The notes under the pieces: generated by a model
Told to the model about the DNA's origin: nothing
The model's database searches: none
What the model saw: only the letters and a program-made list of their open reading frames with translations
Part shown: positions 9,187 through 18,809 of the stretch, piece by piece
How positions within the stretch are numbered: position 1 is the first letter of the stretch
Layout of the letters: every line of letters starts with the position of its first letter
Translations under genes and position numbers: made by a program
Assembly (NCBI GenBank): GCA_964230605.1
Contig: CAXRIN010000046.1
Coordinates: 11,793-75,792, forward strand
Direction of reading: 5' to 3'
Origin: Flavobacteriaceae bacterium
GTDB lineage: Bacteria > Bacteroidota > Bacteroidia > Flavobacteriales_C > GCA-002722245
DNA: 64,000 nucleotides

Positions 9187-10267
9187 TTGGAGACGCTTTT
9201 AGTAGACTATCCGAAATAATAGTTTTTGTCTGACTTACTGAGTCTTCTTTTAATTGATTAGTGTTTGTTGAATCATTACACATTATTTTATTAATAGATA
9301 ATTGAACAGAATCTAAAATAGAATCAGGTTCAGCACATTCATATTCAGTGTAGATAGAAAACCCTTCAGTAGGGATTTTGAAGAAATACTTATTCTTGTT
9401 TGCGTTTTTTAAACTTCTTTCCCTCAACCACGGGTTACAAATTCGAAATATTTTATAATTAATACCTTGTTGTAGTGCAAAGTCCGTGTAATTCGAAATA
9501 GAAGAGTCAACTGATACTGTCTTGTATTTAATAGGTTCGTAACGATCTTTTGCTGATAAGTTAAAACCGTAATTTTTAGGGTTTTCTAGAATTTCCTTGA
9601 AAGCAATTATTCTGAATAAATATCTTGAGGTTTCATTATTTAAAAGAAGATCATAATAACTTTTAGCTTTTTGTCTTTCAAGGTTTTTTTCTAATCCATA
9701 CATTCCCATGTTATAAGAAGCTGCAACGAGCGTCCATGATTGAAATTTTTTGTAGGCGTCATTAAAATAGTCGCAAGCAGCTTGAGTTGATTTTTCAAGA
9801 TGGTATCTTTCATCAACTTCTTTATTAATCTCTAAACCGTATTCTTTTCCAGTTCTTTCCATAAATTGCCAAAATCCTCTAGCTCCAGCAGGAGAAACTA
9901 CATTTTGTAATCCACTTTCCGCAATCGCTAAATATTTAAAATCATCAGGAATGTTATTCTCTCTCAGAATAGGTTCGATAATCGGAAAGTATTTCCCTAT
10001 TTTTTTGTAATAAAGTAAAACTGAAGAATGCCAATAGGCCGTTTTAATGATTTCGTTATCAAATCTTTCCTGGATATCCTTACTGTCTAATGGTACCGCT
10101 TCACCACAGAAATGTATATTCTGTGGTAAGCTATGAGATTTTGCCGCGTAAAAAAAAGAGTTGTCAAAATTCAACTCTGATATTTTTTTTGAAAAGGTAA
10201 ATAATTGGAAACAACCAATTATTGCAAGAAATGAAACTAGTATTTGATAAGCCCTCTTATTGTTCAT
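9167..10267 (-). CDS. lytic transglycosylase (SLT) domain protein, N-terminal signal/TM
   Basis: SLT catalytic region ESGLQNVVSPAGARGFWQFM...YNMG with the conserved Glu-Ser. N-terminal hydrophobic segment. Overlaps uvrA by 20 nt and the WecA-like gene by 11 nt, so probably co-transcribed. Confidence 0.6.
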   Translation of the reverse strand: MNNKRAYQILVSFLAIIGCFQLFTFSKKISELNFDNSFFYAAKSHSLPQNIHFCGEAVPLDSKDIQERFDNEIIKTAYWHSSVLLYYKKIGKYFPIIEPILRENNIPDDFKYLAIAESGLQNVVSPAGARGFWQFMERTGKEYGLEINKEVDERYHLEKSTQAACDYFNDAYKKFQSWTLVAASYNMGMYGLEKNLERQKAKSYYDLLLNNETSRYLFRIIAFKEILENPKNYGFNLSAKDRYEPIKYKTVSVDSSISNYTDFALQQGINYKIFRICNPWLRERSLKNANKNKYFFKIPTEGFSIYTEYECAEPDSILDSVQLSINKIMCNDSTNTNQLKEDSVSQTKTIISDSLLKASPIETIVK

Positions 10268-11306
10268 TTAATTTTTTTCTTTTCGTAATCCCAAAAAGGA
10301 AACCAAAGCTAATTAACATGAACATTAAAATACCAATTATTGTTGTGTTAGACCAAGTTTTTATTTCGTAATTGAAGTACAATCCGATTCCTCCACAAAT
10401 GAAAGTAAGACCCAAAAAGAAAATTGCTATGTGGCGATCTTTTAATCCAAGATATGAAAGGTGGTGAGTGGTATGATCTCGTCCTCCAACAAACGGACTT
10501 TGTCCTCTCGCTATTCTATTAATTGTAACTGTTGTTGTGTCAATTATGGAAGGAAAAAATGCTAAGATAGGAGTGATTGCTTTAGGGAAAAATGAATTGT
10601 CTGAAAACCCATAACCATTCCAAAAAAAGTATATACCAACAGCAGCTAAAAGTGCACCAAGAAACTGACTTCCTGTATCTCCCATGTACATTCTTGAAGG
10701 ATTCCAATTGTAGTACAGAAAACCAAACAATGCAGCCACAGTACCTAGCAAAACCCAAAAATAAAGATGATTCAAGTTGTTAGTTAATACCAAAGAAAAA
10801 AGTACCGTTGAAATAACTCCAATAGAGACAGAAGTGGTAATTCCGTCCATATTGTCTAACATATTGATTGAGTTCATCATTCCTGTTACCCAAACAAAAG
10901 TTAAGATATAATTGATGATGTTGTTTTCAAATAGTTGAATATAGTTGTTCGTAGCAATCAAAACAAAAGCACATGCGAATTGTCCTGCGAATTTTAAAAA
11001 TGGTTTAGTGTTATAAGCATCATCGGCCAAACCAATTAAAAAACCAATTGAGCTTGCAATTAAAACTCCAAAAAATTCAGTTGGAATGTCTTTTGATGCA
11101 AAAACAATCGCATAGACAGCAAATGAAAGTAAAAAGACGATATAAAATGATATCCCTCCAAAAGCTGGTTTTGAAGTACTTCCCCATCTAATTTGAGTTT
11201 CCCCTGAATTATTTTTTGTTCCCATAGTCCTTGAGAACTTTAGGAATAAGCCATTTATTAAAAGTGAAAAAGCTGTAGCAGCAATAAAAAATATTAAAAA
11301 TTGCAT
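10257..11306 (-). CDS. glycosyltransferase family 4 polyprenyl-phosphate HexNAc-1-phosphate transferase (WecA/WbpL/MraY-like), glycan-initiating enzyme
   Basis: 349 aa with ~10 TM segments. MraY/WecA-type motifs: NMLDNMDGI (DxxD-like) and MGDTGSQFLG. Sits beside rfbC/wzc/wza. Confidence 0.75.
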   Translation of the reverse strand: MQFLIFFIAATAFSLLINGLFLKFSRTMGTKNNSGETQIRWGSTSKPAFGGISFYIVFLLSFAVYAIVFASKDIPTEFFGVLIASSIGFLIGLADDAYNTKPFLKFAGQFACAFVLIATNNYIQLFENNIINYILTFVWVTGMMNSINMLDNMDGITTSVSIGVISTVLFSLVLTNNLNHLYFWVLLGTVAALFGFLYYNWNPSRMYMGDTGSQFLGALLAAVGIYFFWNGYGFSDNSFFPKAITPILAFFPSIIDTTTVTINRIARGQSPFVGGRDHTTHHLSYLGLKDRHIAIFFLGLTFICGGIGLYFNYEIKTWSNTTIIGILMFMLISFGFLFGITKRKKLNEQ

Positions 11307-11347
11307 TGTGCTGATTTTATGCGTGCAAAAATAAGTTTTACAAATTC

Positions 11348-11890
11348 TTAAAACAAGGATTTGAAGTTTTCAAATAAATCTCCCTCATTGTCTTTAGCCG
11401 AAGTGTTAGGGTTTTTAGTTTCCCACTCAATGTTTAAAGTCGGATCATTCCAAATAATTGAACCTTCTGAATCTTTGTTATAATAATTGGTTACTTTGTA
11501 GGCAAAAATTGTATCATCTTCTAATGTTTCGAATCCATGAGCAAACCCAGGCGGAACCCAAAGCATTTTAAAATTTTCTTCGGTGAGCTTAATTTTAAAA
11601 CTTTTACCATATGTAGGTGAGTCTTTTCTAATATCAACTATTACATCATTAACAGCTCCCTTGATAACTCGTACTAATTTTCCTTGATCAAATGGTGGAT
11701 TTTGAAAATGTAAACCTCTTAACACTCCTTTAGACGACAATGATTGATTGTCTTGAACAAAATTAAATTCTCCAATATAATTAGCTATTTCTTTTTGATT
11801 AAAAGACTCCATGAAGTAGCCTCTGTGATCCCCAAAAACATTTGGAGTAATCACTAAAGCATCTTTTAAAGGTATTTTCTCAATTTTCAT
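11348..11890 (-). CDS. rfbC: dTDP-4-dehydrorhamnose 3,5-epimerase
   Basis: 180 aa. Cupin fold with HRGYF, RGLHFQ and FAHGF motifs characteristic of RmlC. Confidence 0.85.
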   Translation of the reverse strand: MKIEKIPLKDALVITPNVFGDHRGYFMESFNQKEIANYIGEFNFVQDNQSLSSKGVLRGLHFQNPPFDQGKLVRVIKGAVNDVIVDIRKDSPTYGKSFKIKLTEENFKMLWVPPGFAHGFETLEDDTIFAYKVTNYYNKDSEGSIIWNDPTLNIEWETKNPNTSAKDNEGDLFENFKSLF

Positions 11891-14325
11891 TATTTACTAA
11901 AAAGTTTTTTTAGTCCTTTTTTTTCTTTTTCCGGATTCTCTTCGTAGTATCCATGGTTACCTCCGTATCCATACCCGTAACCATATCCATACCCGTACCC
12001 GTACCCGTACCCGTACCCGTATCCATAACCGTATTTACCGTATCCTCCGTATGTTTTACCTCCACCTGCACCATTCAGGATGACAGAAAGGTTTTTAACG
12101 CCTTTTTTATCTCGTAACATTTGTATGTTTTTCAAGAAAACTTTTTTAGAGAAATGAGCACGAACAATGTAAATAGGGTAGTCAACTTTTGAAATAATAG
12201 GTAGAGCATCTGTTACTATACCTACAGGAGGGGTGTCAATAACAATTACATCATACATCTTTTTCAAATCTTCTACAATGTCAGTCATTTTTTGACTGAT
12301 AATTAGTTCTGAAGGGTTTGGGGGGATTGGCCCAGCAGTGATAAAATGTAAGTTTTCTAGGTTACTTTTTTGAATACATTCGTCTAATGAAGTTTTGCCA
12401 ATAAGCAAAGTACTCATACCGACTGTGTTTTGAACATTGAATCCAATATGAGTTTTGGGCTTTCTCATGTCCAAATCCAGAATGATAACTTTTTTTTCTG
12501 AAAAAGCTATTATTCCTCCAAGGTTGATTGCTACAAAAGTTTTTCCCTCACCTGAGATTGTTGATGTTACAGTCAAAACCTTTGAGCCTTCGTTGTGTGC
12601 AATAAACTGTAAATTGGATCTAATAGATCTAAAAGCCTCAGACATTAATGATTTAGGATTCTTATCGACTATTAATTGAGATACGGGAATGACATCTTTA
12701 TAGGATGGTACCATTCCTAGTATTGGGATATTATTAGTGTGCTTGGCAACATCAGATGTTGAAGAGACTGTATTATGTAGAAGGTATTTTATAACAACAA
12801 TAAAAAGTCCAATTGCTAAACCAATTCCTGTGAATAATATATAATTAGTTCTCTTTTGAGGTGAAATTGGAGTAAGATTTGCTTTTCCAGGTTCTATAAT
12901 TTCATTATCTGATACAAATCCTGCTTTTACCATTTCATATTCAGCTTTCTTCGTGAGGAGTTTAGAATAATATTCACTGTTGATATCGTACATCCTTTTG
13001 AGGTGAAGGTAATCTGTATTGTGATCAAAGTTCAGTTCTTTCGATTTTTTGGCTATTTGATAACTAGATAATCTTTCTTCTATTGTTGCAATTTCCTCTT
13101 GTAAGTCTTGAATTAAGTTCCTTGTTACTTCTTTCAGGTCTTCAATTTCTAATTTTATTTCATAATCTATTTCTTTTACCTCGTATGATTCTTCTGTTAG
13201 GCGAAAGATAAGGGATCTTCTTTTTGAAAGTAAACCTTTCAACTTGTTACCTACTGAAGCTATATATTTGTTGCCTGAGTTAAGTAATAAGACTGAATAT
13301 AATTCATCATATGATCTCTTGTTGTTAATTGAGTTGTAGAATTTATGGAGTTGATCAAGATAGTTTTCTAAATCAGATTTTTCTATTTGATCCTTTGATT
13401 TCAAATCTTTTGTCAGTTTACCGAAGTCAAGACCAATATCTGAATTTTCATCTTCCATCTCTTTATATGGTTTCAAAAGTCTTTGGTAATATTCAAGCTT
13501 TTTATTGACCTTTAAAATTTGGTCGTCTGTGAACTGAATCATTTGATTTGCTGATTCTTTTTTCTTGATCAAATTGGAAACTAAAAAAGTTGAAGCTAAA
13601 CTATTAACTATATCAGCACATTTCTTTGGGTGATTCCCCGTATAGTTAATTTTGATTGTTTTTGCTCCAGAATTCTCAATGGCAACTTGTAGTCCTTCAG
13701 AGTATTTGTTAACCATCTCACTTTCATCAACAATTCTTATTAAAAACTTTGAATCTGATTGGGATAATTTATTGATATCTTGATTACTAATTTTAACTTT
13801 AATTTCAGTGTCTTCAAATGAAACCCATTTGTTTAGTGGAATCAATTTAGATATCTTATTATCATTTCTATCACAAGAAATGACACCTATGCCTTGTGTG
13901 AAATACAACTCATAGTCAGAGTTTAAACTACTTCTATTTTTTATTTGGAATGAGATGTCAAATGGATTAGAATCATAGTTTTCGGTATTTAAAAACTTTC
14001 CTTTTGAAAAATAATCCGTTTGAAGATTTAAACTTGATAGTGCCTCACTCAGCATCTTCTTGGAATTTAATCTTCGTAATTCGCCAATTAAATTAGTTTC
14101 ATAGATGTTTTCGAAATTCATCATTTGGTTAACTTCGTTCTTTTCAGAAATCTTAACAATGGTAGATGAAGAGTATTGGGGAATGGTATATCTATTTACA
14201 AAAAAGGCTATTGCTCCACCTAAGAATACAAGTAGAAAAATAATTGGAAGGTTTCTTCTAATTATTAAGATGGCTAAACCTAAATCAAATTCGTCGTTTA
14301 ATATGGATAGTTTTTCTTTTTCCAT
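11890..14325 (-). CDS. polysaccharide co-polymerase/BY-kinase (Wzc-like tyrosine autokinase) with C-terminal (Gly-Tyr)n tail
   Basis: 811 aa. N-terminal Wzz-like domain with a TM segment and long coiled-coil region. C-terminal P-loop kinase (Walker A SGEGKTFVAINLGG, A' VIILDLD, B VIVIDTPP). Ends in a ~26-residue GYGYGY.. tyrosine cluster. Confidence 0.85.
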   Translation of the reverse strand: MEKEKLSILNDEFDLGLAILIIRRNLPIIFLLVFLGGAIAFFVNRYTIPQYSSSTIVKISEKNEVNQMMNFENIYETNLIGELRRLNSKKMLSEALSSLNLQTDYFSKGKFLNTENYDSNPFDISFQIKNRSSLNSDYELYFTQGIGVISCDRNDNKISKLIPLNKWVSFEDTEIKVKISNQDINKLSQSDSKFLIRIVDESEMVNKYSEGLQVAIENSGAKTIKINYTGNHPKKCADIVNSLASTFLVSNLIKKKESANQMIQFTDDQILKVNKKLEYYQRLLKPYKEMEDENSDIGLDFGKLTKDLKSKDQIEKSDLENYLDQLHKFYNSINNKRSYDELYSVLLLNSGNKYIASVGNKLKGLLSKRRSLIFRLTEESYEVKEIDYEIKLEIEDLKEVTRNLIQDLQEEIATIEERLSSYQIAKKSKELNFDHNTDYLHLKRMYDINSEYYSKLLTKKAEYEMVKAGFVSDNEIIEPGKANLTPISPQKRTNYILFTGIGLAIGLFIVVIKYLLHNTVSSTSDVAKHTNNIPILGMVPSYKDVIPVSQLIVDKNPKSLMSEAFRSIRSNLQFIAHNEGSKVLTVTSTISGEGKTFVAINLGGIIAFSEKKVIILDLDMRKPKTHIGFNVQNTVGMSTLLIGKTSLDECIQKSNLENLHFITAGPIPPNPSELIISQKMTDIVEDLKKMYDVIVIDTPPVGIVTDALPIISKVDYPIYIVRAHFSKKVFLKNIQMLRDKKGVKNLSVILNGAGGGKTYGGYGKYGYGYGYGYGYGYGYGYGYGYGYGGNHGYYEENPEKEKKGLKKLFSK
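11951..12040 (-). repeat. hexanucleotide microsatellite (ACCCGT on plus strand, ACGGGT in coding sense) encoding the Wzc (Gly-Tyr)n tail; 5 perfect units at 11991..12020 within a degenerate ~90-nt array
   Basis: Direct reading: acccgt x5 perfect, flanked by near-copies (atacccgtaacc, atatccat, atccataaccgta). The unit is 6 nt, so copy-number changes are in-frame. Confidence 0.7.
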
Positions 14326-14329
14326 AATA

Positions 14330-15112
14330 TTATTGCTGAGTTATGGTATAAACCAGTAAAATAGAGGTGAAAAATCCTAATATAGAACCTATATCGCTTG
14401 AGATTCTTGCTGGATAATTGATGAAAGGATCAATGTAAATAATGTCCCCAGCTTGCATATTAAGATTAGCGTCTTTCATACCATCAATTGTTGAAAGGTC
14501 AACAAGATAAATATCAGGATTATCTAAGTTTCCTCGTATTATTTTAATTCTACTAGCATTTCCTTCTTGAAAAACACCTCCAACTTGGGCAAGCACTTCA
14601 AACAATGTTGTGTTTTCATTTTGTAATTGGAAGACAGAAGCTTGATATCCACCTTGAAATACATATATTCTGCGATTAAAAATCCTTGCTATAACAAATG
14701 GTGAATTCACTTGGTTTTTTAACAAGTATTCCAGTTTTGATTCAATTTCGTTTAATGTTAAACCAACTACATTTACTCGTCCAATTAAAGGTACTTTGAT
14801 TGTGCTATCTGATCTTGCTTTATATCCAAAGCCACTTCGGTTATTCGCTCCATTAGAATTAGAACTTCCAGCTCCCGAACTACCATTCCTTCCGTTTCCT
14901 CCAATGTTAATTAAATTATATCCGTCGTTAGAGTACATTTGAATTGATATCTCGTCATCAATGGCGATTTTATAATCCTCTTTGTAGTTTACAGAATCTA
15001 CAAATTCTTTGAATTTGTAGTTAGTTGGTGTGCGAAGCATTCTGCTTTTATCTAGTGTTGAACAGCTTGAAAGCAATCCAATAGCGAATATAATTAAGAG
15101 TATACTTCTCAT
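14330..15112 (-). CDS. polysaccharide export outer-membrane lipoprotein (Wza/GumB-like; Poly_export + SLBB)
   Basis: Lipoprotein signal ending LLSSC. Poly_export-like region (YKIAIDDEISIQ) and SLBB-like GDIIYI motif. Immediately upstream of wzc with a 4-nt gap. Confidence 0.7.
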   Translation of the reverse strand: MRSILLIIFAIGLLSSCSTLDKSRMLRTPTNYKFKEFVDSVNYKEDYKIAIDDEISIQMYSNDGYNLINIGGNGRNGSSGAGSSNSNGANNRSGFGYKARSDSTIKVPLIGRVNVVGLTLNEIESKLEYLLKNQVNSPFVIARIFNRRIYVFQGGYQASVFQLQNENTTLFEVLAQVGGVFQEGNASRIKIIRGNLDNPDIYLVDLSTIDGMKDANLNMQAGDIIYIDPFINYPARISSDIGSILGFFTSILLVYTITQQ

Positions 15113-16296
15113 TTATTTAATAGTTTTTTGTACAAAGCATCAACATCATTGACTAGTCTTTTATAACTGAATTGATCTTTTACGTGATTCCAACCTTCTT
15201 TTTGCATAGAAAGTCTTTTTTCATCATTCTCCACAAGCTCTAAGAGGTTTTTTCCGAAATTTTCAACGTCTTCTATTTCGCTTAGTAGTCCTGTTTTGTT
15301 TTGTAGAACAACATTTTCAATTCCTCCTACATTTGTAGATATTATTGGGTTATTCGCAGCCTGAGCTTCGATTAAACTAACAGGAGTTCCTTCATTTAAG
15401 CTTGAAAGTGCAATGATATCCATTCCTGCGTTTACTACATCTATATTTTTAATCCAAGAAGTGAATGTTAATGGAGCTTTTTTGAATTCAATATTACTTT
15501 GCGAGAATTCAATATTTAATTCCTTTGCAAAAGCAAGTATTTCATCTCTTGATTCACCGTCACCAACCACAAAAGCCCTAACTTTTTTATTGGTGTTTTC
15601 AAGAACGTATTTTAAACCTTGAAGAAAAAGGCGATGATTTTTTATTGGTACTAATCTACCTATGATTCCAATCGCAATTTCGTTATCCTCAATTTGGTAT
15701 TCAGTTCTGAAAACAGCTCTTTTTTTATCTAAATCTACTTGGAATCTCTGAAGATCAAATCCAAGAGGAATTACTTCAATTTTATCAAGTGGAGCTATTT
15801 TATGAATTTCACCCAATTCTTGTTTTTGAATGTCGGAGATGGCTACAATAGCAGAACTTTTCTCAGCCAGTTTCTTTTCAATACGTTTAAAAATCGTCGT
15901 TTTTGCTTTACTAAAGTAACTATGGAAAACATGGCCATGAAAGGTGTGCACAACTGCAGGGACATTACATGAAAAAGCAGCCATTCTACCTAATGTCCCT
16001 GCTTTAGAGGCATGTGTGTGTACAATATCAGGTTTAAACTCTTCAATGATTTGTTTGATTTTCTTGTAGGCTGCATAATCGTTTCCGAAACGAATTGCTC
16101 TTCTCATTTCAGGAATAATTACAGGGTCAATTCCTAAATCATCCAAGATATGCTGAGAAGAATCTTCACTTTCTTCTTTGTCACCTCCAATTAATAGAGT
16201 TTCATATTCTTCAGGAAGATATTTCGTTAAATAGGCCGCATTGTACGTCGGACCACCCAAATTAAACCTATTAATTATCCTTAAAACCTTTGGCAT
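15109..16296 (-). CDS. glycosyltransferase family 4 (GT-B fold)
   Basis: Probable start MPKVLRIINRF (internal Met). The tracked ORF start at 16407 would overlap asnB by 38 nt. GT4-type C-terminal E..G..xLEA..xG-P motif (EGTPVSLIEAQAANNPIIS). Confidence 0.7.
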   Translation of the reverse strand: MPKVLRIINRFNLGGPTYNAAYLTKYLPEEYETLLIGGDKEESEDSSQHILDDLGIDPVIIPEMRRAIRFGNDYAAYKKIKQIIEEFKPDIVHTHASKAGTLGRMAAFSCNVPAVVHTFHGHVFHSYFSKAKTTIFKRIEKKLAEKSSAIVAISDIQKQELGEIHKIAPLDKIEVIPLGFDLQRFQVDLDKKRAVFRTEYQIEDNEIAIGIIGRLVPIKNHRLFLQGLKYVLENTNKKVRAFVVGDGESRDEILAFAKELNIEFSQSNIEFKKAPLTFTSWIKNIDVVNAGMDIIALSSLNEGTPVSLIEAQAANNPIISTNVGGIENVVLQNKTGLLSEIEDVENFGKNLLELVENDEKRLSMQKEGWNHVKDQFSYKRLVNDVDALYKKLLNK

Positions 16297-16369
16297 TCTA
16301 GCATCAATCAGGCTCAAAAATAAGTAAAATAATGGAGATAAAGCCTTATATTTATCATACTTTGGTGAA

Positions 16370-18253
16370 CTACATAAGCCATTTTTTCCACCAATGTTGA
16401 AAAACAATCAAAGCCCAAATTGTTGCAGCGGAATCTTCAGGGTTTTTTGAGTTTACTTTTTTGAGGATGGTTTCTATTTCGGTCCATTTAAATATTCCTT
16501 GTTCCTCAATTAAATCTTTATTTAAATAATCGCTTTGAATAGTTGAGTTTAAATCTCCTCGGAACCATTTTAATAGGGGGACTTCAAACCCATGTTTTGG
16601 CCGTTTGAACAATTCTTCTGGTAGATCAGGTTTGAAAGTTTCTTGTAAAATTTTCTTTTTTATGCCTGATTGTATTTTGAATTCAGAAGGGATTTGAAAT
16701 GCAAATTCAACAACGTTATGATCAAGGAAAGGAACTCTTACCTCTAAACTATTGTTCATACTATTTAGGTCTACCTTTGTAAGCATATCTCCAACAAGAA
16801 CCTGATGAACATCTTGGTACAGAACACCATTGAAATCAGATGATTCCAATTCATTCAAGAGAACATGTTGTTTTCTTTCGGAAAAAACTTCTAAATCTGC
16901 CTTTTGCAATAGTTGACTAGCTTGATTGTCTTTTAATATTCCAGCCCAATTCCAGTATCTTTCTTTATTACCTAGCTTAATGCCTTCAGCAAATCTAAGT
17001 AACTGACGATTGAGGTTCCCGAATTTAGAATTTCTAGATTTCGGTAGTGTTTTCCAAATTGGTTCACCAGCAGCAACTAACTTATTTTTTATCCCATTTC
17101 CTCTGGCTGTATATTCAGCCATATGTTTATTGTATCCGCTGAAAATTTCGTCAGCGCCATCACCAGATAATGCTACTGTAGCTTTGTTTTTGGTGTGCAT
17201 ACTAAGGATGTTAACAGCTAATCCTGAGCTGTCAGCGAAGGGCTCATCGGTATAGTCTAAAACTTTTCCTAATTGATCAAAAAGATCGTCATTTGTTAAT
17301 TCAAATACAGTGTGGTTTGTTTTGTATTTATCAGCTAATAGTTTAGCGAAATGAGTCTCATCGAATAAAGGTTCATCTTTGTAACCAATCGAAAATGTAT
17401 TTAAGTTATTGGTGTGTTTTGAAGCCAATGCCACAATGACCGAAGAGTCTATTCCTCCACTTAAAAATGATCCGATCGGAACATCGGCAACCATTCTTTT
17501 ACTTATACTTTCTTCTAATAAATCTCGAAGTTGATTTTGAGCTTTTTTATAGTCGTTGAATTTATATTTATTCGGACTGAAAGGCAAATTATAATACTTT
17601 TTGTAAGTTGCTTTGCCGTTTTTCCAAATTAATAATTCACCCGGTGATAATTTTTTGCAGTTTTTTAAAATTGAATATGGTTGTGGAATGTAATTGAATT
17701 TGAAATAAAGTTGTGTTGATGCTAAATCAATTTCTTTTGTAATTTCAAATGCGAAAATTGATTTCATTTCCGAACCAAAAATTAATTGATGCTGATCCTC
17801 ATAAATATGAAGTGGTTTAATACCAAATCGATCTCTAGCAACTATCACTGATTTTTCGGCTTTATCATAAAATGCAAATCCGAAAAAGCCATTTAATTCA
17901 TTTATTCCTGCTTCTCCAAATTCGATTAATTGATAGAGTAAAACTTCGGTGTCTGAGCTTGTTGAAAATGAATATCCTTTATTTTTAAGCTTATTTCTGA
18001 GTTCCTTGAAGTTATAAATTTCACCGTTGAAAACAAGTGTATAACGACCATCAGCTGAAGTGAATGGTTGTGTGGCTGCTTCACTGGTGTCTATAATACT
18101 TAATCTTGCATGACCTAAGCCAATTGCGTCGTCACTAAATATTCCTTTAGCATCTGGGCCTCTGAAATTAAGTGAATCTACGGCGGAATTTAAATTGGAA
18201 AAATTGGCTTTTCCTGTTTCGTCTTTTGCAAATATTCCTACTATTCCACACAT
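16370..18253 (-). CDS. asparagine synthase (glutamine-hydrolysing)-family amidotransferase, copy 1 (likely glycan uronate amidotransferase, WbpS-like, rather than housekeeping AsnB)
   Basis: N-terminal MCGIVGIF (Ntn Cys2). Synthetase domain SGGIDSS PP-loop. 627 aa. Located in the glycan locus. Confidence 0.8.
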   Translation of the reverse strand: MCGIVGIFAKDETGKANFSNLNSAVDSLNFRGPDAKGIFSDDAIGLGHARLSIIDTSEAATQPFTSADGRYTLVFNGEIYNFKELRNKLKNKGYSFSTSSDTEVLLYQLIEFGEAGINELNGFFGFAFYDKAEKSVIVARDRFGIKPLHIYEDQHQLIFGSEMKSIFAFEITKEIDLASTQLYFKFNYIPQPYSILKNCKKLSPGELLIWKNGKATYKKYYNLPFSPNKYKFNDYKKAQNQLRDLLEESISKRMVADVPIGSFLSGGIDSSVIVALASKHTNNLNTFSIGYKDEPLFDETHFAKLLADKYKTNHTVFELTNDDLFDQLGKVLDYTDEPFADSSGLAVNILSMHTKNKATVALSGDGADEIFSGYNKHMAEYTARGNGIKNKLVAAGEPIWKTLPKSRNSKFGNLNRQLLRFAEGIKLGNKERYWNWAGILKDNQASQLLQKADLEVFSERKQHVLLNELESSDFNGVLYQDVHQVLVGDMLTKVDLNSMNNSLEVRVPFLDHNVVEFAFQIPSEFKIQSGIKKKILQETFKPDLPEELFKRPKHGFEVPLLKWFRGDLNSTIQSDYLNKDLIEEQGIFKWTEIETILKKVNSKNPEDSAATIWALIVFQHWWKKWLM

Positions 18254-18297
18254 ATGTTTTAGCTATAATTGTCAAATATAGCTAAGATGCTAGGAAT

Positions 18298-18717
18298 TTA
18301 ATTCCTGACTAAGGAACTTTCGCATTTTGAGAAGATGCTTTTCTTTTTAATTTCTTTGATTGCGTCAGCTAAGTCTTTTTTAAAATCAATCTTATTTAGA
18401 TTGATGCAAGCAAAAACTCCACTTGCATATAAATTGAAATATTTTGTTGAGTTAAACTGATTGTCACTTACAATTATATGCAACTGGGGATGTTTTTTTA
18501 AAATCTCTTTGATAAAAGCATTCATACTGTATGAATCGTTTTCAAAAAAGTTGAAACGCAAAAGCAAAACATCTAAATTTTCGTTAAGTTTTGTTTGAAG
18601 AGGATCTTCATCTTTACATGTTTCAATTTGAATTTCACCTTCACTCAATTCGTAAAGCACATTCTCTAAATAGAATAAGTCTTTTACGTTCCTATCTGCA
18701 ATAAGTACGTTAATCAT
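18298..18717 (-). CDS. stand-alone degenerate receiver (REC)-like domain protein (phospho-acceptor positions substituted)
   Basis: The pattern MINVLIADRN...DVLLLRF...LHIIVSDNQ...IKEIKKK mimics REC beta-strand/loop spacing. However, the DD pocket reads DR and the phospho-Asp position reads Arg. 139 aa. Confidence 0.3.
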   Translation of the reverse strand: MINVLIADRNVKDLFYLENVLYELSEGEIQIETCKDEDPLQTKLNENLDVLLLRFNFFENDSYSMNAFIKEILKKHPQLHIIVSDNQFNSTKYFNLYASGVFACINLNKIDFKKDLADAIKEIKKKSIFSKCESSLVRN

Positions 18718-18809
18718 TTTAGGGTCAGTTAAGTTAGGGTGTAAATATATGCAATATAAAATACCACAAAAGTTAAGTAGTTGACCTTTTCAGAAATTGT
18801 TAAGAGAAG

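Noticed and set aside
6836-9202. Several 61–68-aa ORFs (6836..7042, 7719..7904, 9017..9202) antisense to uvrA
   Set aside because: All lie within the conserved uvrA coding sequence on the opposite strand, so spurious.
12455-12679. 74-aa ORF antisense to wzc, and 14105..14359 ORF overlapping the wzc/wza junction
   Set aside because: Antisense to well-supported genes with no recognisable features.
16297-16407. Long N-terminal extension of the GT4 ORF (start at 16407) overlapping asnB by 38 nt
   Set aside because: The extension (MFFNIGGKNGLCSSPKYDK...) has no GT-B-like sequence. The internal Met at MPKVLRIINRF gives a canonical GT4 N-terminus and a clean 73-bp intergenic gap, so the shorter start was preferred.
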